The translations under genes and the position numbers were made by a program. This document shows positions 13,801 through 26,396 of a DNA stretch of 64,000 nucleotides, in pieces; the first letter of the stretch is position 1, and every line of letters begins with the position of its first letter. The DNA comes from Callorhinchus milii (lineage: Eukaryota), in NCBI RefSeq assembly GCF_018977255.1, contig NW_024704759.1, positions 248,001 through 312,000 on the forward strand, read 5' to 3'. Under the pieces are notes generated by a model. That model searched no databases. It was not told where the DNA came from and saw only the letters and a program-made list of their open reading frames with translations.

Positions 13801-16416
13801 TGGTTAAGAGGACTCGCCTCGCAAGAAGATCCCAATTAGCAGCAATATCATCAGCAAAAACAGAGAAAAGGTTCTGTTGACCATTTGGCTAGGATCTTTT
13901 TTTGTGGAAGATATTTTTACATGACAAGAAAGATCTGTCTCTGCTGAAAATATATGATCATTCTTTGTTTCAGAACAACAACTTGCACTTATACAAGCGT
14001 CTCAGCGCGCTTTCTCAGTACCAATCCCACATACAGCAGAAGACAACAACAACAACAAGATTCCATTTATAGAGCGCCTTTCACGTCAGGAGGACAGTCT
14101 AGTAAGTGGGGTGCGGGCTTTCAGCTAGTCAAACGAATGTTCTACAATATATGTGCAATATAAAATTGTATCTTATCTCCATACCAAACCCATTATCCTT
14201 AAGCACCCTGTGCACATCTTCCCTTAGGGTGATCTCCTCAGCTGTGCTCTGGTTTAGGGTAAAGTGCTCAGCAACATCAATGGCACTGTGGGGATACAGA
14301 CAGACATGCATCTGAATGTCAACAGTGCAATCTTCAGCCAAAAATTACAATTGTAACTTGTTTTATGTAAATGAATAAACTTGTTCACCCAAAAAATGAA
14401 CCTAACTTTATTCAGGTTTAAGTCCTAATACATGCAGTTTTAAAGAATATTCGTGAAAAGAAAGTTTGCCAACTAACCTGAATTTTGGGTGCGTATATGC
14501 CTGAATCTAGTATTCAGAAATAAATCATTTGGAGTTATCAAATGTATAACTACAATGCAAAGGAAAGTGGGATAAAATATCATCAGTTTGCTCCGGATTA
14601 TCCAGTATCTCACGTTGGCAAGGCATCTCCTAGCACTTCACAGGATTTACTGTAAATTGTAGTTACTGTGTATTTTTTAGGTGAATGTGGCAGTCAATTT
14701 ACGCACAAATAATCCCATAAACAGCCATGAAGTGAATGGCCAATTCTATCTGGGTGATTGTTGGTAAGGATACAGGGAGCTTTGGACAAACAGTGAAAGA
14801 TTAAAGTAGTTAGCTGCAGTGGAAAATGTTGCTACACTCACTTTACATCAGGCAATTGATTAGAAAAGTCATGAAACTCTTCAGGGAGAGTAATATCATT
14901 GTAGGTAGCTTCAAGGTTTTCTTCAGACAGATCTACAATACCTGAAATATCAAAGCAAACTAATTAAGACTTTAATGAATTTGAGTTCATTCAGGTTTTA
15001 AAAATGTTTCGTTTCTATTTAATTTCATAAAAAACAGGAAAAGGCCAGATGTTGATGCACAAATTACAATTTTACATTTATTTTAGTTACCTTCCAAAGC
15101 ATTTAACAATACTGTATCAAGTGTAAGAACTAATTTTTTTTAACAATGGTTGTCAATGCAGGAGCAGACCTAAAGGATAAAATAATCCGGTAATACTGAA
15201 ATATCTTGTAGCAAACACTGTTCCTTAAATCTTAAATGAAAACCCAAATGAGAAAAACTAAAAAAGAATGAATCTGAAACTTGAAATAACATCCTAGATT
15301 TCTTGTAACAATACAGTACCTGGACGAAAGGTTATTTTTATTTTTGTCAATGCTTCATTACAGTCTGCCAAGAGGTACTTTGCTTTCCTGTGATAAATCC
15401 GTACTACCCCTAGAAGCAGATGTCCTGATGTTCTCAGTGCTAATTTAACCTAGGGTGGGGAAAGAATTCAGATTAGTTTTATAGTAAATGGTGAAGCACA
15501 AAAAAACAAAAAGTTCACAAAAGAGAACTGAATTCACCAGGTCAGTTTTCTGGCATTTCTCTCAGTTTGGTCTCCCCAGTACCACCACACACAAAAATCC
15601 AATTAATTCAAAACTGCGCTGCCCGGATACTCAACCGACGAAACTCCATACCCCCAGCACCCCAGTCCTTGCCAGGCTCCAATGGCTCCCAATCACTGAA
15701 CGGATCGATTTCAAGATACTCTCACTCATTTTCAAATCCCTTCATGCCCTGGCACCTCCATACCTATCCGACCTGCTTATCCCCCACTCCACCACCTGCT
15801 GCTCTGCTAGGCTGACTCTAGCCTCCTGTTTGTCCCTTGTGCCTTCCGTTCAACCATCGGTGGCTGTGCCTTCAGCCACTACCCCCCGGAACTCTCTCCC
15901 TCTCAATCACTCTGCCTTGCCCCCTTCCTCACCTACAAGTCCCACCTGAAGACATTCCTTTTTGATCATGCTTACTGTCACCTCCACCTCTCTCTCTCCC
16001 CGTGGCTCGGTGTCAGACTCTGCCATTGTAAATCACTCTGGTACGCGTGAAGGCCGCTATATAAATGCAAGATGTTGTTTAAAACAAAACATTTTAAAAA
16101 TCCAATTACTTTCAGTTAAAGTTATCTACTGAACCCTTTGGTTCACATACCCTGGATCACTCTGTGTAGAAAGTTCATTCTAGTCGACAGGAATTATATT
16201 CAGAATTACAAAATAGATTGTTGTTAGTCCCCATATCCTGCTGAACTAGCTCAAATAATGCCATTGCTTTACCTTAGGTGAAATAATGCTTTCAACAGTA
16301 ATCTCCAAGTTGCACTCAAAAATGTGAGCTTTGGTGAGTTTTTTGTCCCAATGGGCAGCAAGCCAAATCTTAGCCAGTGGTCCACGCTTGGTCAAAAATA
16401 AAGAAGCATAAAACAT
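1821..16416 (-). CDS. RAD21L1: RAD21-like meiotic cohesin kleisin, 13 coding exons, 579 aa
   Basis: Exons (5'->3'): 16416-16273, 15449-15320, 14941-14842, 14285-14185, 13046-12858, 11941-11843, 8362-8249, 7783-7554, 6778-6664, 6285-6140, 4546-4451, 3680-3594, 2009-1821. All introns are GT-AG with consistent phase; total 1740 nt. N-terminus [31 protein letters not shown], central KRRRNLTVD...[22 protein letters not shown]-terminal winged helix [17 protein letters not shown]...PGPRFHL. RAD21L rather than RAD21 is inferred from divergence and the C20orf202/TMEM74B/PSMF1 neighbourhood. Confidence 0.92.
2980..3490 (+). mobile_element. L2 LINE 3' fragment with short non-L2 leader
   Basis: CAGAACTCTGCCGCCCG...CTCCACTGGCTCCCCATC...TTCAAGATCC (LHWLP/FKI region); tail GCGCTGTATAAGTGCAAGTTATTG. 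Confidence 0.75.
3745..4297 (+). mobile_element. L2 LINE 3' fragment
   Basis: [17 protein letters not shown]-type ORF2 C-terminus; TTG-repeat tail. Confidence 0.8.
9430..11550 (+). mobile_element. L2 LINE (RT region) interrupted by a nested second L2 3' fragment at ~9873-10965
   Basis: [23 protein letters not shown] and [10 protein letters not shown] motifs. The YADD region occurs twice, and an L2 tail (ATAAATGGAATCTTGTTGCTGTTG) lies internally at ~10940-10965. Confidence 0.85.
13160..13757 (+). mobile_element. L2 LINE 3' fragment (same subfamily as 9873-10965, 24575-24825 and 44066-44535)
   Basis: Near-identical 3' sequence with tail AAATGGAATC(TTG)n. Confidence 0.85.
15560..16080 (+). mobile_element. 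Degenerate L2 3' fragment
   Basis: [15 protein letters not shown] motif and L2 tail. Confidence 0.7.
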
Positions 16417-17184
16417 TGCTGCAGGTTGTAGAAATATCACCAACAAGAACAGAAAATGGCTGTTGGAGAGAACAGAATTGAATAAATATATGATCATGTA
16501 TCAATATTGCAGTTTGATAGATCATAATATAATAATCCTTGCATTTGATATAGCGGCTTATCACGTCTTCGAGATGTCTCAAAGCGCTTCACAACAACTA
16601 CAACTTGAATTTATATAGCGCCCTCCACGCCGGATGGCGTCTCAGAGCGCTTCACAGAATATAAAGTGAATTGACTGTATATTTTATAATAATCCTTGCA
16701 TTTGATGTAGCACTTTTCACATCTTCTAATGTCTCAAAGCGCTTCACAGAATATACTGTAAAATGAATTGACTGTGTATTTGTGGGCAGCAGCCAATACT
16801 GTAAAGTGAACCGATTGTATATTTGTAGGCAGTAGCCAATTGCACATAGTCCCACAAACAGTCATGGATTGAGTAACCAAATTAGTTTTTTTTTAATTTA
16901 AGAGATTATTACCCACGGAAAAGTGATACGGAAATCGACTAACTGGATCCCTACTTACCGCTATTACTTACTGCCAATAGAGGCATGTGGAGTAAGGAAA
17001 TTTTCCCAATGTTTTACCCTGCTCAGGAATTGAACACAGATCCTCTCGCTTGCGAGGCGAATTCTCTAACAACTCCAAGATGATTATGAAAATCCAAATG
17101 CACCGCTGTTACTGATGAAGGACCAATTCACAAGTAAAACAGTGCTGTGCCACAGGAGCACAAACAGCCCAATAAGTGCAGGAC

Positions 17185-17565
17185 AGGCTCCACTGGCTCC
17201 ACATTACAGAACGGATCGACTTCAAGACTCTCGTGTTCAAATCCCTTCACTCTCTGGCACCTCCCTCTCCGACCTCCTCACTCCCCAATCCACCACCTGG
17301 AGCCTCTGCTCGTCCCTCACACCCTCCGCCCCACCAACTGAGGTCGCGCTTTCAGCCACTACACCCCAAAACTCTGGAACACTCTCCCTCAATCCCTCTG
17401 CCCCCTCTCTCTACCCTCTTTCAAGTCCCGCCTGAAAACCTTCCTCTTCGACAGTGTTTACAGCACCATTCCCCCCCCCCATCTCGGAGTCAAGCTCCGC
17501 TACTGTTAAGCTCTGAGACGCTGTCCTGCGTGGAGGGCGATATATCAGTGCACGTTGTTGTTGTT
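17185..17565 (+). mobile_element. L2 3' fragment
   Basis: [14 protein letters not shown]; tail GTTGTTGTT. Confidence 0.7.
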
Positions 17566-17724
17566 CAGTCTACTCCACAGGCACCGACATCCCTTTCCTT
17601 CCCTCACTGACACCCGGTGCTGGTGACATTCAACCACAACCATTAACACTACCGTGTGCATCAGCTGCCGTGTTCCACCCCCAAAAACAGTCCATTCACA
17701 TTACAGTATATTGTGAAGCGCTGC

Positions 17725-18900
17725 CGGGCGGGGCCCGGGGCCGGGGCGGGGCCGGGGGGGCCCGGGGCCGGGGGGGGCGGGGGGGCCCGGGGTCGGGGGG
17801 GGCCGGGGTCGGGGGTGGGGCCGGGGGGGCCGGGCGGGGGGGCCGGGTCGGGGGGGGCGGGGTCGGCCGGGGCCGGGGGGGGCTGGGGCCGGGGGGGCCC
17901 GGGGGGCGGGGCGGGGGGGGGGCCGGGGTCGGGGGGGCCGGGGGGGGGGGGCGGGGCCGGGGGGGGGGGGCCGGGGCCGGGGGGGGCCGGGTCGGGGGGG
18001 CCGGGGCCGGGGGCGGGGCTGGGGCCGGGGGGGAGTCGGGGCCGGGGGGGCCAGGGTCGGGGGGGCCGGGGCCGGGTCGGGGGTCCGGGGCCGGGCCCGG
18101 GGTCGGGGGGGCCGGGGCGGGGGGGGCCGGGGGTCGGGGGGGGGGCCGGGGGGGGCTGGGGCCGGGCCGGGGGGGGGCGGGGCGGGGGGGGCCGGGGTCG
18201 GGGGGGGGGGCCGGGGGGGGGCGGGGCGGGGGGGGGCGGGGGCCGGGGGGGGGGGTCGGGGGGGGGGGGCCGGGGTCGGGGGGGGGCGGGGGCCGGGTCG
18301 GGGGGGGCCGGGGGGGGGCGGGGGGGCGGGGCGGGGCGGGGGCCGGGGCGGGGCGGGGGGGGGCCGGGGGGGGGGCGGGGGGGGGGGGCCGGGGCCGGGG
18401 CGGGGGGGGGGGCCGGGGGGGGGGGCCGGGGTCGGGGGGGGGCCCGGGGTCGGGGGGGCCGGCCGGCGGGGGGCCCGGGGTCGGGGGGGGCCCGGGGTCG
18501 GGGGGGGGCCCGGGGTCGGGGGGGGCCCGGGGTCGGGGGGGCCCGGGGTCGGGGGGGGCCCCGGGGTCGGGGGGGGCCCGGGTCGGGGGGGGCCGGGGTC
18601 GGGGGGGCCCGGGGTCGGGGGGGGCCCGGGGTCGGGGGGGGGCCGGGGTCGGGGGGGCCCGGGTCGGGGGGGGCCCGGGGTCGGGGGGGGCCCGGGGTCG
18701 GGGGGGGCCCGGGGTCGGGGGGGGCCCGGGGTCGGGGGGGGCCGGGGGGGGCCCGGGGCCGGGGGGGGCCCGGGGTCGGGGGGGGCCCGGGGTCGGGGGG
18801 GGGCCCGGGGGGGGGGGGGCGGGGGGGCCGGGGCCCGGGGGTCGGGGGGGGCCCGGGGTCGGGGCGGGGGGCCCGGGGTCGGGGGGGCCCGGGGCCGGGG
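17725..18900. repeat. Extremely G-rich minisatellite (GGGGCCCGGGGTCGGG-like unit) in probable RAD21L intron 1
   Basis: About 1.2 kb of G runs with CC/TC spacers and almost no A. Confidence 0.95.
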
Positions 18901-19279
18901 CTGTGACAAGGCCCCGCGTATAATCCCCTCATTTGATACAGCGCCTGATCACGTCTTCGAGTCGTCTCAAAGGGGGAGGAGGTGCGGTCTCACTCGCTCA
19001 GTGAGCACCGGTCTCCACAGGACTATCAATGCAACGTTACTATTATTATTTTCTAACGTATCGTCAGAGCAACTGTTCGATTCCATCCAACATTTACAAT
19101 CTGGCCCGACATCCTGGTCGGATTAAGGTTAATATTTATTGTATTATAACGTAACCTGAGCCTTGTCAGTGCTGCTTTCATACAGAAAGTCTAAGTGTAA
19201 AATGCCCGGAACTCGGTGTCTCAAACTCCGCGGCTACAAACCTCCCGGAGACAGAGACGGCGCGAGACGGCGGCTTCAG

Positions 19280-19470
19280 CACATAAAATGGCGGCTCCTC
19301 CTCGTGATGCCGCCAAAATACAGCTCGCCCCGCGTCAGGGGCGGGGCCAGCGTCAGGGGCGGGGCCAGCGTCAGGGGCGGGGTCAGCGTCAGGGGCGGGG
19401 TCAGCGTCAGGGGCGGGGCCAGCGTCAGGGGCGGGGCCAGGGGCGGGGCCAGCGTCAGGGGCGGGGTCAG
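19280..19470 (-). promoter_or_regulatory. Probable RAD21L CpG-island promoter: YY1-type AAAATGGCGGC (19285-19295), E2F-like GCCGCCAAAA (19309-19318) and a tandem GC-box array
   Basis: CpG-rich stretch upstream of the ATG exon. That exon has a splice acceptor 2 nt before the ATG, so a non-coding exon 1 must lie upstream. Motifs read directly from the sequence; function is inferred. Confidence 0.55.
19332..19470. repeat. 18-bp tandem repeat GCGTCAGGGGCGGGG(C/T)CA, ~7.5 copies
   Basis: Read directly. Confidence 0.95.
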
Positions 19471-21001
19471 GGTGTGGAACATGGAAACAGACTATTCTGC
19501 GCAGATCTGCTGTGGGTTCAGAGGCTAATTTAACATCTTACACCTTTCCCGAAAGTAACACGGGATTATAAAGGATATAATAATATATAATCATATATTT
19601 ATATTAATAAATAATCACAGCATTATATTATAGAGGATGGACATCCTCAGCAGGTTTGCTAATGTTAGTTAGTTGTCATACAATGTCCTTATCTTCTCTC
19701 CCAAACACCTCGTTCCCTTTTCCCTCCTATAACATGTTTTGAATACTTATGAATATAACGATGTTCTTATATGTTACATGGAAATGTGTTGATACTGTAC
19801 AAACACACATGACAATATAATCACAAAAATAAATAAGTTTGTATATATTTTATTGCTACAATAAAACAATATCTGAAGCTTTTTTGTACAATAAGCATTT
19901 TAAGATGCCATGGTTTAAACCTGTAACAGCATTGAGGGCTTAAACTCACGAAACGGATTAAACGTATTGTATATTTAAAAGCAGTGAATAGTTTCCTTTT
20001 GTTGGTGAAGCCACAATGACAGTGTCATATCATGATACTTCCTAACTGTAACCTGAGTTTAAACAAAGCAAAAGTCAAGTTAAAAATCCCACATAAATAA
20101 TTTAGCAAATTTGAAACAGATCCTTATCTTTCCTCGTAGGAAATGAAATTCTTCTTCCCAATATGGGGAGGTTTGCTTAAATTCACACTGTAAAGTCCCA
20201 AAGTACAAAAACATCCATTATCCTGAATTTCATGTCTAAGCGGGAGTAGCTCGGGTGTTGGGACAGTGTAATCCTATTACCTTATTCAGCTCTATGTGCC
20301 AGCGCTTAAGGACGTACTCCCGATGTGAAAGTGTAATTTGTTGTTGTTGTTGGGTGCAGTGCGGGCAGCAGAACTACTGGTGCCGGTGTCAGAACACAAG
20401 ATCTCAGTGAATTGATCGCAGACTCCATTCAAAACAGCCCAACAATAGTTCCTGCAAACAGAATGCACATCCCCTTTGCATTACTTTGTTGTCTAACTTA
20501 TGCTGATCGCTAAAAAGCATAATACTTGTTTCTTTTTCAAAAAGGATCCCATTATAACCAAAAGCTGCACCGAGACGCTGCTCTGCGTCTATATAAATAC
20601 ACATTGTTTTTGTTGTCTCCATTCAGCCCTCCCATGTGAGCTACTTCTTTTGGACCAAGTAAAGCTCCCTCTACATTGTCCGTCCACATTCCCAGGTGAG
20701 CAATGGCACGACTTAGAGACTGAGCTCTTTACTCACTAATATTTCTAATATTTTTGTATAACGTTTCCACAGATTAACTGAAGTGCAACAACTGCAATGT
20801 GCTTTTCTTTAAACATGACAAAGTTATGAAAGTTAGTTACTCCAAGTCTTGCTTCTACAGCTTAGATATTTGAATGTGTGGGTGCCATCAGAATTAACAT
20901 TTGTTTTAAATATTGTTCAATAACCTGACAAAATATAGATTTAATAACATGTGACATTTGCTGCGCTGCTGTAGACCACGTGAGTCTCCCCCAGCGGAGG
21001 G

Positions 21002-23558
21002 TCATGGCAGTGAGTTGCTACGTGCCGGAGCGTGGCTGATTGGCGAGTTACATGAGGGGCATTGGCTACTCTTGCCTCCATTATAGGAGGGGCGGCTGGC
21101 ACAGAGCGCCTCACTGTCACTCTCGGGCTCTGACTCCTCTCGCTCTGGCTCCTGCTTCAGCTCCTGAATGATGGTGTTGAGTGCCATGAGTTGTTGGATT
21201 AGAAACTGATCTTGATGCCGTAACTCCACCTGTAATACAGAACAGTGAGCAGATATCCCAAACTCAATCCATCTAACCAAGGAACCAATGCACAGGGTTC
21301 TGCAACCTTCATTAGTTGGCCAACAAAATAACACATTTATGCCAAAAATCAAGAAACATTCAATCAAGAACTCCACACACCTCTGATTACCCGGCAGTAA
21401 GTAGGAACCCGGTCATTAGTCAATTGGTGGATCGCTTTTCTGAGGGTAATAATCCCTTCAAAAAAAAATTGTAAAAAGAATAATTTGGTCACTCAATTCA
21501 CAACTCACAAGATTGCAAACGTGACACCACTATTTAAGAAGTGTGGGAGAGAAAAGATTGGGAACTATAGACCAGTTAGTCTGACTTCAGTGGTTGGGAA
21601 AATTCTGGAGTCCTTAATTAAAGATGTCATTATGGGATTCCTGGAAGACCATAACAAGATTAGACAGAGTCAACATGGCTTTACAAAAGGGAAGTCATGC
21701 TTAACTAACCTTTTAGAGTTTTTTGAAGATGTATCTACAGGTTAGAGAGGGGGGAACCAGCAGATGTAGTATATTTAGATTTTAAAAAGGCATTTGAGAA
21801 AGTGCCACACAAAAGGCTATTGCACAAGGTTAAGGCCCACGGGATTAATGGGAACGTATTAGCATGGATTGAAGAGGGACTAACGGGTAGAAAACAGAGA
21901 GTAGGGATAAACGGGTCATTCTCGAATTGGCAGGATGTGACTAATGGAGTGCCACAAGGATCAGTGCTGGGCCTCAGCTATTTACAATTTACATCAATGA
22001 TCTCGACGAGGACATTGAATGTAACGTATCTAAATTCGCGGATGACACTAAACTCGGTGGGAGAGTAAGCTCTGAGGATGATGCAAAAAGATTGCAACGG
22101 GATATAGGTGGGCGAGGGGAGTGGGCGAGTAGGTGGCAGATGGAATTTAATGTGGGGGAGTGTGAAGTTATTCACCAAGGTAGAAAAAATAGAAAAACAG
22201 ATTATTTTCTAGAGGGGGAGAGATTAGATAGTGTTAGTGTGCAGAGGGTGTCCTTGTACACCAGTCTCAAAACGTTAGTTTGCAGGTGCAGCAGCAACTA
22301 AGAAGGCGAACGGCAGTTAGTGTTCATTGCTAAAGGTTTAGAGTACAGGAGTAGGGAAGTCTTGCTGCAACTGTATATATAGGGCCTTGGTGAGACCGCA
22401 CCTGGAATATTGTGTGCAGTTTTGGTCCTTATTTAAAAAGACATACTTGCCCTCGAGGGGGTGCAGCGTAGATTCACTCGGTTAGTGCCTGGGATGAGGG
22501 GACTGACCTATGAGGATAGGCTGAATAAACTGGGGCTGTATTCTCAAGAGTACAGAAGAATTAGGGGGGATCTTATTGAAACATATAAGAATCTGAAAGG
22601 GCTGATAAAGTAGACACTGAGGGTCTGTTTCCCCGGGAGGAGAATCTATAACCAGGGGTCACAGTCTGAAAATTAAGGGTCAGCCTTTTAGAACAGAGTT
22701 GAGGAAACATTTGTTCACTCAGAGGGCAGTGAATTTATGGAATTCACTACCCCAGAAGAGCTGTAGATGCTCAGTCCTTGAACATCTTCAAGGCTGAGAC
22801 TGAGAGAGGGATTAGGGGATATGGGGAGAGGGCAGGTAATTAGAGTTAGGTCAGAAGATCAGCCATGATCTTATCGAATGGCGGGGCAGGGCTCGAGTGG
22901 CCGAATGGCCGACTCCTGCTCCTAATTCTTATGTTCTTATGTTCTTATGCTGATGGTATTGCGTTTTGCCAACTATCGGGGAATGCCAGTGTGCATCTTG
23001 GAATCTGTGGTTACATGGGTAATGTTCAGTACCTTCATTATAAGCAAGACTGTGTGCATGAATTGCGGGACGCTTCTGTGCGCAATTGGCTGCTGCATGT
23101 TGCCCACAAAGTACACAGTCATTACACTTTACAGTATATTCTGAGAAGCGTTTTGAGGCATCCCGAAGACCAGATAAGACGCTATATCAAATGCAAGGAT
23201 TATTGCATTATTATTATACAAACTTTTGTTTTTTTGGCCAACCAAAAAGGGCCACCACTGACCTGGACAACCGCAGCCCATCTCACTTCTGGCCACAAGA
23301 AGCTATTACTGTTTGTCCTGAACCTCACCCTGTGCCCAAATCCCGGGATATATTCTGACGGGAGTCAGTGAAACTCACCAGTTCGTGGCTGAGGCGGAGC
23401 AGCGCGTTCTCCAGTTCCCGTGCGGTGGACCCGGGATCAGGACTAAAGAGCCTCCTACAGACCCGAGCCGCCGCGCTCCCGGTGAGCTGTGCCGGTCTGG
23501 AGGTCACGTCCTCCGGTCTTCTCAACAACAAGTCCATGTCCGAGTCCTCCGCTGCCAT
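21002..23558 (-). CDS. C20orf202: C20orf202-like small coiled-coil protein (LURAP/FAM89-type), 2 coding exons, 135 aa
   Basis: Exons 23558-23379 (MAAEDSD...LENALLRLSHEL|gtgag) and 21229-21002 (cag|VELRHQDQFLIQQLMALNTIIQELKQE...RSNSLP*), phase 0. Position between RAD21L and TMEM74B matches the human 20p13 order. Likely non-coding exon 1 ending at 24254. Confidence 0.75.
21508..22948 (+). mobile_element. 5'-truncated CR1 LINE with (TTCTTATG)n tail, in C20orf202 intron
   Basis: ANVTPLFKK...[45 protein letters not shown]; frameshifted; 8-bp tail repeat. Confidence 0.9.
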
Positions 23559-23574
23559 TTCCCTGTCCCGGCCT

Positions 23575-24226
23575 GGGGGGGGGGGGGGGGCCTGGGGGGG
23601 GCGGCGGGTCTGCCCCCGGTGGGGGTGGGGGGGCTCTGCCCCGGGGGGAGGTGGGGATGGGGGGGCTCTGCCCCGGGGAGGTGGGGGTGGGGGGGTCTGC
23701 CCCGGGGGAGGTGGGGGTGGGGGGGCTCTGCCCCGGGGGGAGGTGGGGGTGGGGGGGCTCTGCCCCGGGGAGGTGGGGGGGTCTGCCCCGGGAGGTGGGG
23801 GTGGGGGGGGTCTGCCCCGGGGAGGTGGGGTGGGGGGTTCTGCCCCGGGGAGGTGCGGGTGGGGGGGTGTGCCCCGGGGGACGTGGGGGGGCTCTGCCCC
23901 GGGGAGGTGGGGTGGGGGGCTCTGCCCCGGGGAGGTGGGGGTGGGAGGCTCTGCCCCCGGGAGGTGGGGGTGGGGGGGCGGGGAGGTGGGGTGGCGGGCT
24001 CTGCCCCGGGGAGGTGGGGCTCTGCCCCCGGGAGGTGGGGGTGGGGGGGCTCTGCCCCCGGGAGGTGGGGGTGGGGGGGGTGTGCCCCGGGGGGACGTGG
24101 GGGGGCTCTGCCCCGGGGAGGTGGGGGTGGGGGGGCTCTGCCCCGGGGAGGTGGGGGTGGGGGGGCTCTGCCCCGGGGAGGTGGGGGTGGGGGGGCTCTG
24201 CCCCGGGGAGGTGGGGGTGGGGGGGG
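23575..24226. repeat. ~30-bp G-rich minisatellite GGGGGCTCTGCCCCGGGGAGGTGGGGGTGG
   Basis: Read directly. Confidence 0.95.
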
Positions 24227-24574
24227 CTCAGAAACAAGGACTGCTTCACTCACCCGAGCTGCTGCCGCCACTATTCACACCCCAACTCCTTATATGTTCT
24301 GAAAGTCTGCACTAAATTCGTGGATAAAAACAGAACAGTGCTGGTTACACACCACCTCTATGTGAATCTGTATCTTTCCTTTTAAGTGTAAAAGGAAAAG
24401 TGGCCACACACGCACACTGGGCTGATTCCAGCCAATTCTTGGAATGGCTTCTGCAAAACTTAAAACGCATTTGTTTTAAATGGTTACAGGATGTTCCTGA
24501 ATGCATATAATAACATGATTTGTTTATAGTCCCATGTCACCAATCTTTTTATAGCCTTTAAGCTTTTCAGAAAG

Positions 24575-24825
24575 CTTGAGACCGGCCTTGAAGGAGGAAA
24601 GGGAGGAAGCGGCGAAGGCACTGGGGATGGAGTTCCAGAGCCTCGGGGCTGAGAGGCTGAAGGCCACCGATGGTAGGGCGGTTGGGGCGGGGGATGTGGA
24701 GCAGACCGGAGCCGGACGAACGGAGGGTACGGGCAGGTAAGTAGGGGGATAGTAGGTCAGAGTGGTAGGAGGGAGCGAGGCCGTGAATGGCCTTGTAGGT
24801 GAGGATGAGGATCTTGAATTCAAGA
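24575..24825 (-). mobile_element. L2 3' fragment
   Basis: [19 protein letters not shown]...[11 protein letters not shown] on the minus strand. Confidence 0.8.
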
Positions 24826-24911
24826 CCGCAATCAGATTCCCTCTTATTCCTGTACATACACAATGGGTTGAATGGCCTCCTTGTGGCAAAAAATAAAATA
24901 ATTTGGTCACT

Positions 24912-25238
24912 CAATAATAATAATAATAATCCTTGCATTTGATATAGCGCTTTTCACGTCAGGAGGACGTCCCAAAGCGCTTCACAGAACACACTGTAAA
25001 GTGAATTGACTGTATATTTGTGGGAGAACGCGGCAGCCAATTGCGCACAGCAATGTCCCACAAACAGTCGTAGATTGAAAATGACCAATTTATTATTGTT
25101 TTTGGTTTTGGAGGGATTATTATTAGGCTCTGTGTGGAGTAAGGAAACTTGCCCAAGGTTTCGCCCTCTGCCTGGAATTGAACACAGGTCTCTCACTTGC
25201 AAAGCGAGTGCTCTAACCACTGAGCTACAGGACTCCAC
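24912..25238 (-). mobile_element. Full-length tRNA-derived DeuSINE-like SINE
   Basis: tRNA head GGAGTCCTGTAGCTCAGTGGTTAGAGCACTCGCTTTGCAAG...GTTCAATTCC (A and B boxes), Deu-like core TGTGGGACATTGCTGTGCGCAATTGGCTGCCGCG, L2-like tail and (ATT)n. Many partial copies occur throughout the window. Confidence 0.85.
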
Positions 25239-25604
25239 AAACACATTTGTTTGTGGGACGCTGCTGTGCACAATTGGCTGCCGTGTTTTGCCCACAAATA
25301 TACGGTCAATTCACTTTACTATATTCTGTGAAGTGCTTTGAGATGTCTCTAAGATCTGATAAGATACTTGCAAGGATTATTATTATTAGGGGATAATTAT
25401 TATTATTAGGGGATAAAGACTGGAGAAATTGGATTAGGAGATCTAATACATCGGATGTGGGGCTGAATGATGTCCTCCTGTTCCCTATGATACAGGACAG
25501 GAGGGTTCAGGAATAATAAAATTTAGATTCCAGAACAAAAATAACCGGTTTATTTATTTATTGGTTGCTCGGGAGAGTGACGGATCTTGTCGCGATGACA
25601 CGGC

Positions 25605-26040
25605 NNNNNNNNNNNNNNNNNNNNNNNNNNNNNNNNNNNNNNNNNNNNNNNNNNNNNNNNNNNNNNNNNNNNNNNNNNNNNNNNNNNNNNNNNNNNNNNN
25701 NNNNNNNNNNNNNNNNNNNNNNNNNNNNNNNNNNNNNNNNNNNNNNNNNNNNNNNNNNNNNNNNNNNNNNNNNNNNNNNNNNNNNNNNNNNNNNNNNNNN
25801 NNNNNNNNNNNNNNNNNNNNNNNNNNNNNNNNNNNNNNNNNNNNNNNNNNNNNNNNNNNNNNNNNNNNNNNNNNNNNNNNNNNNNNNNNNNNNNNNNNNN
25901 NNNNNNNNNNNNNNNNNNNNNNNNNNNNNNNNNNNNNNNNNNNNNNNNNNNNNNNNNNNNNNNNNNNNNNNNNNNNNNNNNNNNNNNNNNNNNNNNNNNN
26001 NNNNNNNNNNNNNNNNNNNNNNNNNNNNNNNNNNNNNNNN
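25605..26040. other. Assembly gap (N run), probably covering the TMEM74B promoter
   Basis: N run flanked by CpG-containing sequence. Confidence 0.9.
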
Positions 26041-26396
26041 ACGGCGGAGCACTGCTGAGTGCGGGGACTGATTCTATGTCAATATCCACAGCGCCGACTG
26101 AGGGAATAACCGCTGTGACTGTGAGGAGTCGCCGCTGTGACCGGAATCAGAATCACCATTTAATCTTCGTCTCTCCCCCGATTGCGACATTGGAAGTCAG
26201 GCCCGCGGGCCGGAGCTCTCCGCACCGCAGTGTCTGTGACAGAGGTCAGTGTTGGGGTTATATTCTCAATAACTGAGACTTTGGATACAAACGGTGGAGT
26301 GGAGGAGACTGTAACCCACAGTGGGGCTCCGGCCTCAGCTCCGCAAAGGGCTGTCACAGCGTTCATCACCTCCCGCTTCTGCATCACAGCCGTGAG

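Noticed and set aside
17656-18932. Gly-rich and Pro-rich ~400-aa ORFs resembling collagen or EBNA1
   Set aside because: Translation of an A/T-poor G-rich repeat. The same applies to the ORFs over 23368-24385, 26160-27536 and 52528-53530.
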